From NCBI RefSeq assembly GCF_018350175.1, contig NC_058368.1, positions 68,388,001 to 68,452,000 on the forward strand: DNA of 64,000 nt. Reading direction: 5' to 3'. A model generated the notes under the pieces. It was not told the origin of the DNA. It was given only the letters and a program-made list of their open reading frames with translations, and made no database searches. Numbering within the stretch: the stretch's first letter is position 1; every line of letters starts with the position of its first letter. Shown in pieces: positions 50,096 through 63,314 of this stretch. The DNA is from Felis catus (taxonomy: Eukaryota). Made by a program: the position numbers and the translations under genes.

Positions 50096-51789
50096 GTTTT
50101 TGCAAAATGAGAAAAGTTGGTCAAACACTTTAAGGGATTTATGGAAATTGAATGCATGGGATCAGCTTTGTCAAACTCTAAAGAATCCATGCTTTGGATA
50201 CAAATGTGGCTATTGGATGTGAAGCTTTAGAAGCATAAAAGAAAAAAAATATAGATTGGAACAATTTAAAATCTCTGAGGCCAGGGAGGATTTCACAGGC
50301 TCTCAAACACATAAGCTTCTAGAACCGTCGTTTTCGGTGGTCCTCCTGTTCTTTGTCCCCCTCCTCCCCACCCACCCCCACTACCCCCCTCCCCTGGCAC
50401 ATTGAAATTCACTGTGAGCCCTGGAAAAGCAGCAGCCTGGGGAGCAAGGATGAGGGAAAGGTTTGACAAAGAGTGGTGGGAGACAAAAACAGGAACTGAA
50501 GCAAAGGAGTTTGGAACTGAAAAGAAATGAGAAAAGGAAGGAAAAGAGGGAGAGAGGAAAGGCAAGACAGGGAGAGAAAATGGAAGGAGAAGAAAACGAC
50601 AACAATGGCAGCCGATGTGGGTTTCTCCACAATTTCTAAGTGTACAGTTTGTCCACATAGATTTTTTAATAAATAACTAGTTCCTACAACAAAAGCAAAG
50701 AAAGAATAAAATTAACTCCTAGTAGAGAAAAGTTCCTTCATTCAAAAAAATCCCCTGAATGGTGCATTTTATCATTTTCTTTTTATTCTGTGGAAGTGGG
50801 ATTTGTGGATTCCTTCCTTGCTTATGGGTTCATGAGATTTAAAGCCTCAGAGAAATGGCACTTGACTGTGTTCCTCTAACTAGTGGGGATCATAGGCAAA
50901 GTCCCTGACTCTAGAGCAATTGGAGCAGCCATAGGAGAGGCTTCAAAAGACAATTGAAGTTAAATATAAACAAGTGTGCATCCCCCCACACCCCCACACA
51001 CAGACGTGCATGGACATTTTGTGGGCTTCTGTCTTCCAAGAAAAAAAAACAGATAAGTGAAGAGAAGAACTAAGAAATACTCAAGACTTCTTTCCCCCTT
51101 CACCATGAAAATACTGTTCAAGGTAAGACTGAAAGAAATGTCAAAAATATTACTGAAAATATGCTTTCAATATAGTAAAGTTTCCCTTTCACAGGTCAGC
51201 TTTTACATAAAAATAAATTTGAAAATTAATAAAAGCTAATTTCAACATAATTATTTATTTTATATATTACGTTAATTTTTTATTACAACATACTACGTGA
51301 TCTTAGATCATTTGAAAAATGTGAGAAAAAAATGCATACATAATAGAGCCAAATCCTGACATTATTTTGACCTTTTCCTTTCATATTTTTATGTATTAGC
51401 AATTAGAGTAAAATTTTAAATAACAGATGTTTTAGGGAATTAGAATCATACAATCTATATAATGTAAATACATATATTAACTTCTTACTGCCATTCTTTG
51501 AAAATATAATTTTAATAGGTGCATGTAATTCTACCATTCCCGTATTTTGGGGCATTCTTGTTATTTTCAATGTTTCCACCAAATGACTAACACTGAAATG
51601 AATATATGCATACATAAGTAGCATCTTTGTCTTTGTGCACGTGTTGGACAGAGGACAGTGGACTGCTTGATTGGATCTCCCCAACAACTGAGAAAGAAAA
51701 CATATTCAAGGTTGTCAAAATAACGTAGCTGCAGTTAAATGAGTTGTGGGGGAAAAAATGAACGTTATTCATATACTCAAAGAAAATTA

Positions 51790-52170
51790 TATGTTATCTC
51801 TCCGGAACTGTCTTCCTGGCCCTGGAGGGAAGCGCACATTCCCGCAAGATGCTGGGAGTGTGGCTGCTGGCTGACAGCTCTCATCTGGGTCTGCCTGGAG
51901 CACCTGCCGCCTCCAAGGTCATGTCACCTGTAGAGGCCAGGCTGTTTCTAATGACGTGGCTGCGGAGGCAAAGGCCAGGTCTTTTAACTGGGGACTTCTC
52001 GGCTCCATAGCACGCGCCTGTAGGTAGGGTCAGCTGAGGATTTCATTGTAAGACGCCTCAGTTCGCTTCCTGCCTCTGCCCCTCCTGGGGACCTGACTCT
52101 CGGAACAGGTTGTTCCCAGTGAACCCTCCGCACACACACACACCTCCTCTCCAGGGACCCAGGCTTGCCT
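51790..52170 (+). mobile_element. LTR16C-like ERVL solo LTR
   Basis: cattcccgcaagatgctgggagtgtggctgctggctgacagctctca...ccaaggtcatg...tcagctgagg...cctgcctctgccc...caggttgttccca track the LTR16C consensus. Confidence 0.7.
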
Positions 52171-52189
52171 GCGTTCCAGCCTCCAGGGC

Positions 52190-52213
52190 CTGCTGCTGCT
52201 GCTGCTGCTGCTG
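52190..52213. repeat. (CTG)8 trinucleotide repeat
   Basis: Direct read; followed by TTG CT. Confidence 0.96.
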
Positions 52214-52663
52214 TTGCTTCCTTCTAGCTCCCGTCCTGTCTTTGGAGCTCAGCTACGTTTTGAAAAGTTATTTTGGCATACTTGGTCCAACATTTCCACT
52301 TGTTTATGGTTGAAAGAGGAATCCGTGTTAGCTCAGTCTGACAAGTTTCTAGAAACGAGTCTGCTCTTATCAATTCTCTATTTCCATTGCTTTCTCATTA
52401 TTGGCCGCTTCGTCACGTTCTATTTCAAAACTCCAGATTTTCGTGATTAACTTTCACTCTCTTTCTGCTTTGGGGGGATTCCCTCTGTGTCTGCTCATCC
52501 CTCCCATAAACCTCTCTGTTAATATTCATTCCCTTTAATAAGATTTTTCTTTTCCTATTTGTGATTATATTTTACTTTATCATCCCACTTCTTAATTTTC
52601 ATTTTCAAATATTAATCTTAATTTGTGCACGGATATTTTTATTTAATTTTATGTTTTATTTTA

Positions 52664-52856
52664 TTTTTTTTAATGTTTTATTTATTTTTGAGAGAATGCA
52701 AGCAGGGGAGAGGCAGAGAGAGGGGGGGACAGAGGATCCAAAGTGGAGTCTGCACTAACAGCAGTGAGCCTGATGCAGGGCTCGAACTCATGAACAGAGA
52801 GATCATGACCTGAGCTGAAGTCAGACGCTCAACCAACTAAGCCACCCAGGCTCCCC
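52664..52856 (-). mobile_element. CAN-SINE (SINEC)
   Basis: Reverse SINE ending gccacccaggctcccc; TSD ttatg[t/a]tttatttta (52649-52663, 52857-52871). Confidence 0.95.
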
Positions 52857-53203
52857 TTATGATTTATTTTAAATCCCACCATTTTCATCTGTCTCAATGC
52901 TTTGCCTTTCATTTTTGTTGACAGTTTATCCTTTTACTTGCTTTTCTATAAGTTTATTTCAGTTTGTCATTGTTGGTTTTAACTGTCCCTTTGCTTTGAA
53001 ACAAATTCGTTTACTCCTATTATCTTTGATCAACATGTTGTGTTCAGATAAATCCGCCTGCAAAGTTTGTGCTTTCTAAACTCTACTGAGGTTCCTTTGG
53101 GGCTTTGTAAGTGGTCAGGTTTCATAAAAATTTCATGGATACCTGGAAAGAAAATGTATTGCATTATCAAATTACACACACACAAATGCATATACACGCA
53201 CAA

Positions 53204-53229
<26 letters not shown>
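53204..53229. repeat. (AT)13 microsatellite in AT-rich old-L1-like sequence
   Basis: Direct read. Confidence 0.93.
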
Positions 53230-53234
<5 letters not shown>

Positions 53235-54423
53235 TTTAACTTGTATCACAAGTTAAATGATTATATACCAGGATATATATGTATTAAATATGTATTGTTT
53301 ATGTATATATTTATATTATATACACATATCTCGACTGTATGTGTGTATATTTTTTTAATCAAAGACACAGTGCATACTAAACTCTCCCACTGTAGCTGTG
53401 TATCATTTCATAATAGTTTTTAGTTTATATACTTTGGTGATTTGTTATCAAAGAATAAATAAGAATTTATTAGAGAGAATGTTCCACATTCTTTACTGAT
53501 GAGGCTACCATTTTCAATATCAAATGACCCCCTTTGTATCATTTAATACTTTCTGCCTTCAATTCAACTTTCATTTTAATATTGTTTTCAACTTTTTATA
53601 ATCTGTAACTAACATGTAGTTTAATTTTTCTTCACATAATTTGAGTCATGGTCTTTTCATTAGAAAATGGTTATAATTTATGGATTATTGTCTTCAGTTA
53701 TTTTATGATTTCTGCTACTTATGCTCCTTTCCTGTTTTATTTTCTGTTGTTTTGATAAGCTACAATTTCTTTGGAATCAGTGGTAAGAACGCAATCATAT
53801 TTATTTGGCTTTCCTTGTGTAATCTGAAGATATTCACATTTATATAAATGCAAGCATTTATCGGTTTCCCCCATCATACTTCCAAGTGTTTAATATTTTA
53901 ATACCTGAAGTAATAGCCCTGGATTAGAAATAATATGAACGTTTAGATTCGTAGTGTCATTGCTGTTGTCATATCATCATTGTAGCTAGCATTATAATTA
54001 TATCAAAAGGAGATGGGAGAGTAAAAATAGGCAAACTGTTACTTTCATCCTAATCTGGAAATACTGAGTTACTTTCAAAGCCAAAATCCTCACACTTCTG
54101 GGTGAGGCTTGCGTGTATCTGATCATTTAAATTATTTAAACAGTTGTCACATGTGAAATAAGAAGATGCATGCTAAAGAGGAAATTAGGACCTCACAAAT
54201 TGGGTTTGAAAGCCATGGGGGGCAGCTAGCTTTCAGGATGTCCTCAGTTCCTGTGAATCGTATGTTTGTTCAGAGAAAGAAGAAATCAAAGGAGTGAAAA
54301 TTCTATCAGGACTCTAGAAATGCAATTGTCCTCAAGTTCAATTTATGACTAACTAAACCCATCCTAATATACACAAAAGGGGGAATTGAACCTAGCAGGG
54401 ATATATTTTAAGAATATAATTTA

Positions 54424-54621
54424 GGGGCGCCTGGGTGGCTTGTCGGTTGAGTGACAGCCTTTTTTTTTTTTTCAGTTCAGGTCATGATCTCACAGTTCGT
54501 GAGTTCGAGCCCCACATCGGGCTCTCTGCTGTCAGCACAGAGCCCCCTTCGGATCCTCTGTCCCCCCCTCTGCCCCTCCCCTGCTCATTCTCTCTCTCTC
54601 AAAACAAATAAACTTTACAAA
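54424..54621 (+). mobile_element. CAN-SINE with internal T13
   Basis: ggggcgcctgggtggc head, gagttcgagccc B box; perfect TSD aagaatataattta (54410-54423, 54622-54635). Confidence 0.96.
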
Positions 54622-56094
54622 AAGAATATAATTTAAAATATTTCTGAGTGAAAACATTGGCAATCTTAAAATCAAGGTAACAGCTATTGAATAAAGATTT
54701 TTTTTCTCAAAAGGAAAGGCGGTGCCTTCACAAATTCACACGGCTCACTTTATCTGGGGCACAGCCAGGTGCTGATGCCCTCCCTTCTCGTCTCTGTACC
54801 TACAGGTGTTGGATGACACGGAGTCATTATGTCTTTGCAAACCAGGGCATCACTCCCAGGAGCTCTGCCAGTTAAGTTTCAAATGGAAGCATATATATTA
54901 CTGTTCTAAGAGGTCACTGCTGACAGTATTCCCACGTTCAGCTGCAAGCCACAGCCAGTAATCCCGCAGCCACCCCCATGCTGCTCCCCATTGAAAAGTA
55001 GACCAGCACCCCACATAGGAAGCTCAGTCACAGCTGATGAGCCACAATCCCCATCTGATGTCATCAGCTTCTTTGCTCTCTAGGGGAGAAAGCCTTCCCT
55101 AGTTAAGATCCTGAACTTTAGAAAAACGTGCTTGATACATTCAGCATCACGCTATGACGTTGTGCATCTTGGTGTTAGTACTCAAAGTCATTGGAGCAAG
55201 TTTTTAGGAATTTTCAACAGCCCCCAAATTCAGATTAGCTACTTTTTGTCCCCCTTAATAATTTCTGTAATTGGGTTGAAGGTCAATAGACACTCCACAA
55301 TATCTTTACCACCTTCTAAATCTACAGACTGATGACAATGACAATTGAGCTCTTTTCAATATCTCTTTCCTAACTTTCTTTTTATTATTGCTTTGTCTTT
55401 CCATTTTCAGAAATGTTCACTAAACTTTCTAAGAGCGGGGCATGATGCTGGATGCTAAAGTTAAAAGAATAGGGCCCATCTGATGTCTTCGGCAGTCTCT
55501 CTAGCACTCACAGGCCAAGTGACAGGTGTGCTGGAAAAGGCTCTTCCCTTGGCCCCAGTCATACCTCAGAAAACCTCTCCTCTTTCCACATCTAGACCTG
55601 CACACTCCACCTTTCTTACCCTGTGTTGTACATGGTTTATTCTGGATCCACATTTTGCTCTGTTCTCAGACACTGTCAGGCTAGACAGTCTTCCCTCCTC
55701 TTGTGCCCTAACCCACGACCACAGACCAGCTCTACCTTGTTCCATGCTCAGCTCAGCAGCCTGGCATCCAGCCCACACACAGACCTGGGTTTTTGGCTGC
55801 CCAGGATTGAAGGCCAGGGGCATCCTTGGCTCCCTTTCATCCTATAACCTTGACATAAGACCTTGAGGATCAGGCACAACTTCTGCACATTCATCATTGT
55901 TTAATAGCACTTACACTGGCACATAGTAAATAGTATATATTTGATGAGTGAATTAGTAGGTGAAAAAATCAATGAGAGAGTGAATCCAACTTGTCCTCTT
56001 GGGCAAGCTAAGCAAATCCCAGGGTGACCACAATGGCCCATGTTCTGACCAGTCCCAATAGTGCTCTCTAGACCCCTGTCTTTGGTGAACTAAT

Positions 56095-56800
56095 AACCAC
56101 CTGCACCTAAATGTCTTCCACTCACCCCTCAATTCAACTTATATAAAATGAAATAAATTAGCTTCTTTTCTATCTGAATTAGTCTTTGGTTCCTTCTGTT
56201 ATGCCTCACCCCCACTCAGTCATGAACTGTGCAGCCTATAAGGTCACTTGAGGCAGAACACCCGCCTACCCCTGACTCTTCTTACCATTTTTGGCAACTC
56301 TACCTTCAGCATCCATCCCTGCTCTCCATTTCCACAGCCACAGCCTGTAGACCTTCCTCTGTCTCATCCAGTCTGTCAGTAGGAGCTTCTTATACCCATT
56401 TTAACCTTCACAGAAACACTCTGAGGCATTACAATTTTTTTTTTGAATTAGGAAATTGACTTATCAAAGAAAGTAAACAGTAACCACCTAATGGATACAC
56501 GGTTGATAAATATTGGAACTAGGATTTGAGATCAGCTTTGCTTCTACCCAAAGCCCACATTCTACTATGAGATCTTTGCTCTCCCAGCCTCCAAACCTTT
56601 TCCTCTTCTTATTCAAAGACCCGGTCATATCACTTCCCTGTTCAACCTTCCCAATGATAATCCATTGACCTTGAGATAGAGTAAGCATGGCATTTAGGGC
56701 CCAGCAACCTCTCCCCACCACACTCACACTCTCCCACGTCATCTTGCTCTTTACTAAATCTGTCTTCCAGTGACACAGAATTTCTGAAGAATTCTACCTA
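56095..56800 (+). mobile_element. L2 remnant interrupted by a MIR (~56440-56580)
   Basis: ccctgactcttc...caactctaccttcagcat...ctctccatttccacagccac...atcacttccctgttcaaccttcccaatg; MIR gaactaggatttga...ttctacccaaagccc. Confidence 0.6.
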
Positions 56801-59689
56801 ATGGCCTGGGGTCGGCATGGTGGATGGCAGGAGGAATGCCTTCAGGGGATCACTGGGTGGGTACAGATGGAGTTAATTAAGAATATAAGGGAAGAAGTCA
56901 AAGAACAGCAAAGACCTACACATTTTTCAGGTGCAGGGACTTAAATAGCAAGATAACCATTTTGTCTGAGTCGACAACTATTATGTGACCCCCAACACAG
57001 AAGGCAGAGCAAAAAGAATTTCACTGAAATTCTCTCGTGAAAGAGAATTCTTTGATGAGCTCTACACTCTAGAATGACAACAGTTGAGAAGACTGAGGTA
57101 CCATCGCAACAGTGAAGCCATGAGTTACCCACAGAGGGGCCACGATGGGAGAAACGTTTCTGCCTCTCTTTAATGAGAAGTTCCAATGCACCTGTCTTCA
57201 GTCATAACAAGGAGGGGACCTCTTGTCCTACTTCTGCTTAGTCAGTCTTTGGAGGATAGACCCTAAGCACATATTAGCAACCTAAATAATAATAATAAAG
57301 GCAATCTGCCAAATTACTGAAGTTAGTAACAAAGAAGGGATATAATCATATTTAGTATAATTTTAGTATTATATAATAAATATAATTATTATAAATTACA
57401 ATAATTTAAATCTGTGAAGACACAATCCTAACTTACATCCGGTTAACAAAACTATTTGTGTTTCCCCATGATACTGCTATCTTTGGATTCTTTGGCCCAA
57501 ATAAGTGGGAGTTCATCATGAAGCAATACCTTTTAGTTGGAGTTTGGCTTTTTAGTTTGTTTTCCTGCTTTGAGACTCACTATCTTGTTAGCATGTGGTT
57601 CCTGAACTGTCTACGGATTTCTTTGATGAAAGCCTCAAGGTAAATTGGTTTGCTTTACCTCCTGAGATGGTAATTTAGATAGACAAGAAGAATCAGACTC
57701 TTGAACACTTTCATTGGCTTTTCATGATCAAATCTTCCCGTAAACAATCAGAAATAGGTAACAGTGGATGACTAACCCCTTGCTGGCCAAAAGAAACCCA
57801 TTCTAGACTTGGGATCTGTCTCCAAACTAGCTCTATCATTACCTCCCAGAATGCCCAATCACGAGGTCATCTCCACATTTTCAGGACCAGGGGCAAACAT
57901 CCAATACAGGCCGTGGCCTGCTGACCCTCTTGCTCCACCTCCCACCCCTGTTCCATCCCACACTCTGAAGGGGATGGTCTCAAGTCTGCGGACACCTCTG
58001 GCCAAGAGTCCTACTGTGGCCAACTCTCTCCTACTCTCACGCTTTGGATGCATTCCCACCAGGCCAGGTTAGATCTTCAGAAGATGCTTATGCTGGCCCC
58101 AGATGCTATTGTGGGTTGTTAGGGCAGGGAAATCTGGGGTGCCACGTACTTAGAACATGGAGTAGAAAGAGGGAGAGCCACAGGCTTCAGTTGGACACAT
58201 CCCTCCCGGCACTATAGAATCTTTCCTTATAGGGTGGGGCATGACTGGTGGAGGCCCAAAATGGGTCCTCTAAACAAGGGGACCCCAGCTACCTAGGTCC
58301 CAGGGTGGTTCTGCCAATCAGTGTTCTTGTTCAGACACTCTGTCTTCTCCATCTCTGTATTTCCAGGCTCTGAACATGTAGTCAATATATAAACATTAGA
58401 TAAATGGAATTGAATAAAAATCTCTAAATCAGCTCAGGTCTTGAGGTCGTCTCAGATAACATCTGAACATAGAGATGGATCAGACTGCTTTTCTGCCATG
58501 AGACTTAGGAGGGACCAGAATGGAGAGAGGGCTACGTACACTGTTGGTCAGTGGGCTGGTGTGACGGATTTTGTTGCATACCTATCCTAGTAATAAGTCA
58601 GCCTTTCCTAAGCCTCAGGGGACAGGTAGTCCCACCAAGGCAGGAGAGAATGGCCCTCAAAGTGGCACTTTGCCTGCACAATCACCTGGACTTCAGATGC
58701 ATGACACTCCCAAGAGGCCAGTGTGGTCCTGTTGTGCCATAGCTTCCAGAACCTATGGAGACAAGTCAGTGCTGAGCCCATCATTAGCTGTTTTCAGGGA
58801 TGTGGAAACATCTACTCACTCTATGGTCTCTGCTCTGGCTTCAGTTCCAACTTTCCTATTTTGCATAAAGTTTAAAGCCGACCCTGCCTCAAATCCACCT
58901 AGAAGTAGATGAAGCATGAAGTCTGAGTAGGTAAGTAAATACATCTGATGTTTACCTGTATGCAACAAGTTACGTAAACTAGAAGGAGAAGCTTTGGGTT
59001 GGGTTTTTGTTTGTAAAAAAAAAAAAAAGGTTTTTTTGGTACTTTCGTTTTGTATTGTTTTGTTTTCTTTTACAAGCAAATGAGTTCAAGGAAGAAGACA
59101 CAGCACACACTGGAGGTAGAAATGGAGGAGTCACACGGCCTGTCCTAAGACAACTCCAGTCCTAGGGGAACTCAGTCCTCGGGTCCTTTACTCCAGGCCC
59201 CTTGGCCATCTTCTGCTGTATCACTTCCAAACACTTTTAAAATTCTGTTTCTGCTGTTCGTCACGAACTGCTGTTCGTTATTTAGTTCTCTCCTCTTTTC
59301 AGCAAACAAACCAAAAAAGTGGGACATGTTAGCACCTTGCTGTTGAAGACCATAAACATTTGCACGTGGCTTTGAACCCCTGGAGACTGGAACCGTATCT
59401 ATGGCAAGAAGCCCCACGTAGCTTCTCCTTCTGCAGTTGCTAATATAACCTCCGGTCCAGGATTTAAACATGTTATTGATCGCCAAGCGCAAACATCACC
59501 TTCTAACTTGTGTCCTCCAAAGCAAACACTACTGTGGATATCCTTGCTTTGTCTTTGCTTTCAAAAAAGAGCACGTAGAGGGTCCACAGTCCTCCATCTG
59601 TAGTGACAATCACTAGCCGGAATGAGTAGACCACTAACAGACTCTGCTGATTTCAAGAACACTGAGGAGTTGAGACAAAGAGAAATGGG

Positions 59690-60055
59690 GTCAGTGGGAA
59701 ACTGTGCAACTGTTCACCAGTGTCCCTGCCCCGCACTCAGCGAGGGTGATGCTTCCCTGCCCTGGTGAACTCACGCATGGTCAGTGAAATGGGAGTGGAG
59801 TGAAATACATCTCTTCCAGGCCAGTGCTTTAGGATCAAGCAAATGCTTAGCTTGCCTGCCTTTCCTCTGCCCCGGCAGTTAGCAATGCTCCAAGGGACAC
59901 TGTTCCATCAGCCCGGGTCTCACGGTGCAGATGATTACAGGGGTGACTTAGTGGGCAGGACCCCAACTGACCTGTCATGGACATGTAGCACGAGGCAGAA
60001 ATAAGCCTTTGTTATTTTCAGCCACTGCGATTTTCATAATTTATCCTGAGATACA
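59690..60055 (+). mobile_element. MaLR LTR, MLT1I-like
   Basis: ggtcagtgaaatgggagtggag...ttccatcagcccgggtc...atggacatgtagcacgag...gaaataagcctttgttattttcagccactg. Confidence 0.75.
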
Positions 60056-62065
60056 GAGTCCAATGTTAGTTATTTCCAGAAAATGGAGAGTATATTCCAG
60101 CTTTGTCCTCAGAATATTTGGCCTGAGTTCTGCCTCTTCCAAAAAGTTAGATTGTAGCCAAGTTGGACAATTTCACAAGGTCATTGGAAAGAACAAAATC
60201 GAGATCGCGAGATGCCTCTGCTTTACAAAGATTGGTGTTAGCCACAATGGGGGATTTCCTCAAAGCTGAAAGAGACAGATGTCGGGTTCATTAGTTCTCA
60301 GAGTCCCTCCAAGGACCCTTCTCTCTTAGCGGAGGAGGTGATGTCCAACTCAGATGGGACAAGTGACAGTCTGTTGAGGATCGAAGAAGGTGACAAAGAA
60401 TAGCTCCTATGCTTAGGGTGCTGACGCCTAGAAGAAAGGACACAAAATGCCCAAGAAAGGTCTTTAGGACACCTTCGATGTGACAGCGGGCAGGACAAAG
60501 TGTGGGCCACTGTAAACAGGTCCTATCAACTGTAAGCGGTAGTTTGCAAGAGATGACAGAGATCAAGTCCATCGGGGCAGGTGTGTTTGGGACAAAGGAA
60601 GGTAAGGAGGAAAAGCGCCAATTTTTATTTGGGTGCTCTGTGAGCCCTGTGAACGTCCTCTCTTTTCCCCTCACACAGACACACCCAGCCCTCAAGGAGG
60701 TCATTGTCATTATGTTTTCTGATGAGAAGACAGGCTCAGAGCGGGGGAGGAACACTGCCAGAATGAGGATCCCGGTGTAGGTCTGCGTGGCGGCAAAGCC
60801 CGTGTGTCTCCTGCTCACATCACACGCTCTGTTTCCAGAGGCGCGTCCCATCAGCTACAGACCTGGAAGTGCCAGTGGCATATTCCATTAAAGCCTGTGC
60901 CCTCTCTCCTTCCCTCCCAAATTAGGTGGTTAAATTTTCTCTTCACAGGGCCTTTGGCAGCTTCCACTGCCTGCGGGGCCTAATTGAGCAGGAGTCTCCT
61001 GGGGGCTCCGCTCTGCTATTTCCTGATGAGCCAAGGGAGAAGGGAGCAGAGAATGAGACCATTCTCATTAAAGAGAGACCCCCGTTTGTCGTGCCTCTCA
61101 TCCACATCATCACTATTTTAATTAACCATCTTTGCCATTGGGCCTGCAAATAATTGTTCTCTGCATTGTTCAAACCACTTGCAATGGATACCTTTAAAGG
61201 CGCAGGTTTCCCCTTCCATCAGCCATTGCTAATTAGAGCAGGGGAAGCTGTAACTCTCTCCGCAGAAGCCCTGAAAGTCAGGGAGGATGCGACCCTCATT
61301 AGCACCGGGAAGATTACAAGCCCTGCTCTTATTATCCAGACCCTGGTCCCTCTCCTGAAAGTCACTGCTTGCTAAGAGGGAGTGTTGATCTGATGTAGAT
61401 TTTTGCCCAGCAGAGCAAAGTTACAAGATAATTTTTGATTCTCACAACGGGATGAGATAGCATTTACTATGCGGAGGGTAATTTTCTAGTTAGTCAGCAG
61501 GTGAAAAGGCAAAGCAAAAAAGAAAAAAAAAAAAAAAGGAAAAGAAAACCTCCCCTAAGTCTGACTGTGAAAAAAAGAACATATTAAACGGGGTCCAGTA
61601 AAGAAAGTTACAGTGCAACTCAGGACGATGTAGGTAAAGACTCTCCTGGGACTATTTCTAGAAAAAAAAGCCGTAGTGGTTAAGAGTCCACTTAAATGGT
61701 GGCTTTATGGAGAGAAATGCGGCGAGAGCAAAGCAGGCTGTGTGAAAGGCTATCAGGTGGATGGCAGGAATGGCACTGCCACTTGCTTTCAGACCCAGGT
61801 AAGGAAAGGAGAGACAGGTGTGGCTAAAACATGGTCATGAGCAATTCAAATTGGACCAGTGACTTGTCATGGGTCCAGATTCCAGAAGCACGGTGCAGCC
61901 AAGCATTTCTCCATGGTATTCACTTGGGTCATCTGTGACCCTGTGAAAAAGCAGCAGGGGCTCCCGACACTTTCCCTTCTGTGACTAGGGATGTCCTGAG
62001 TCCCTTTGTGAGCATCTCCTGGATCTGGCTCAGGTAGCCCATTTCTTCATAGTTACTCTTCCTTC

Positions 62066-62576
62066 TGAGAGACTGAGTATAGAAATGGCCAGACCATAAT
62101 ATAAAAATAAAACTCTGACCTACAGTCTGCAGCAACCAGCCCTTTATCTATGTGAAGCCGTCCAGAAGGCCAGTCAGAACACTATCTTTATCAGCAGCCC
62201 AGGAAACCGAACAATAATCCCTGCAACAACTGGCCTCGAATGGCTAGGATTTCGATAAATAACTGCCAACTTCCCTAATTTTTGTTCTCACTTGCAACTT
62301 GGGGCCAACCAGAGGAAGTCAGACGTGCACCCCTAACCCATCACACAGGACAGCCCACTTCTAGTTGGCCAGCCTCCTGCTTCCCCAGGCCAGCAGCCTC
62401 CAATCAGGACACCCCTGGAGCCTTCCTCTTTCTCCTCTTCGAAGCTCTCCCATCCTCTGCCCGCCTTTGAGTCTCTGCCAAATGCAAGTGATGGTCAACG
62501 ACTCGCTTGTTCCAGCAAGCTCTGGAATAAGTAGCCTCCGCTTTTCTCATTTGGTTGGTCTTCATTTATTTCCACA
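62066..62576 (+). mobile_element. ERV1-class solo LTR (MER89/MER90/MER110-like)
   Basis: TG...CA termini with near-matching 4-bp flanks cttc/cttt; tgcagcaaccagccc, aactgccaacttccctaattttt, cctttgagtctctgccaaatgcaagtgatgg, ttggttggtcttcatttatttccaca. Confidence 0.75.
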
Positions 62577-62733
62577 CTTTTCTTTCTGTGCTCTGCCCCA
62601 GCGCTTCTTAGGGCCTCTTTTTTAGCTTTCCTTCCATGTCAGGGTCACATGTTTGGAAACCCCCCAGGTTCGTTATGTAAGACCCTTTATTTCTTTTCCT
62701 CCAAACCATCCCAGGCTATCCTACATTAATTGG

Positions 62734-63308
62734 TGTATTCGTTATCTATTGTGTAAGAAATTACCCTGGATTTTAGCAGCTTAACGTAATACCCGTTTAT
62801 TATCTTACATTTGCTGTGGGTCAGGAATCTGGGCATGGCTGAGCTGGGTGTGCTGCCCTGAGCCCCTCACAAGGCTGAAGTCTAGGGCTCACCTGGGGTG
62901 TAGTTATCTCAAGGCTCAACCCAGGAAGAGTCTGATTTCCAAGCTGTTTCAGTAGTAGTAGGCAGGCTTCAGTTGCTTGTGGACCAGTGGTCTCTAGACC
63001 TCAGTTTCTCCTGAGCTACTGGTCAGAGGCCACCCCTGGTTCTTGCTACATGAGCTTCCCCGGAGGGAAGCTCCCAGAATGGCAGCTGTCTTCATCAAAG
63101 TGAACAGGTAGGGTCAGAAAGTGCTGGCAAGATGGAAGTCACAGTCTTTAATGACCTAATGTCAGCAGTGACATCTCATCACTTTGGCCGTCTTTCGTTC
63201 GTTAGAAGCCCGTGCCTGTCCAGCCAACAACCAAAGCAAGAGATGACATAGTGGGCATGTAAGGGATTTCAAGGGCCACTCGGGGGATTTCTGAAGATCC
63301 CTGTTACA
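62734..63308 (-). mobile_element. MaLR solo LTR, MLT1F-like
   Basis: tgtattcgttatctattg...ctgtgggtcaggaatctgggcatggct...atctcaaggctcaac...aagatggaagtcacagtcttt. Confidence 0.82.
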
Positions 63309-63314
63309 TGCTTC

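Noticed and set aside
52190..52213. (CTG)8 as a coding or pathogenic triplet repeat
   Set aside because: Short, intergenic, adjacent to an LTR remnant; the poly-Cys ORF over it is spurious.
57700..58320. GC-richer segment that may be an old repeat
   Set aside because: Could not match it to any family with confidence.
59006..59080. Apparent hairpin between tttgtttgtaaaa and ttttacaagcaaa
   Set aside because: Low-complexity A/T tracts make such pairing likely by chance.
60291..60851. 186-aa minus-strand ORF
   Set aside because: Partly overlaps a MIR-like remnant (~60640-60830); no domain resemblance or codon bias; length attainable by chance.
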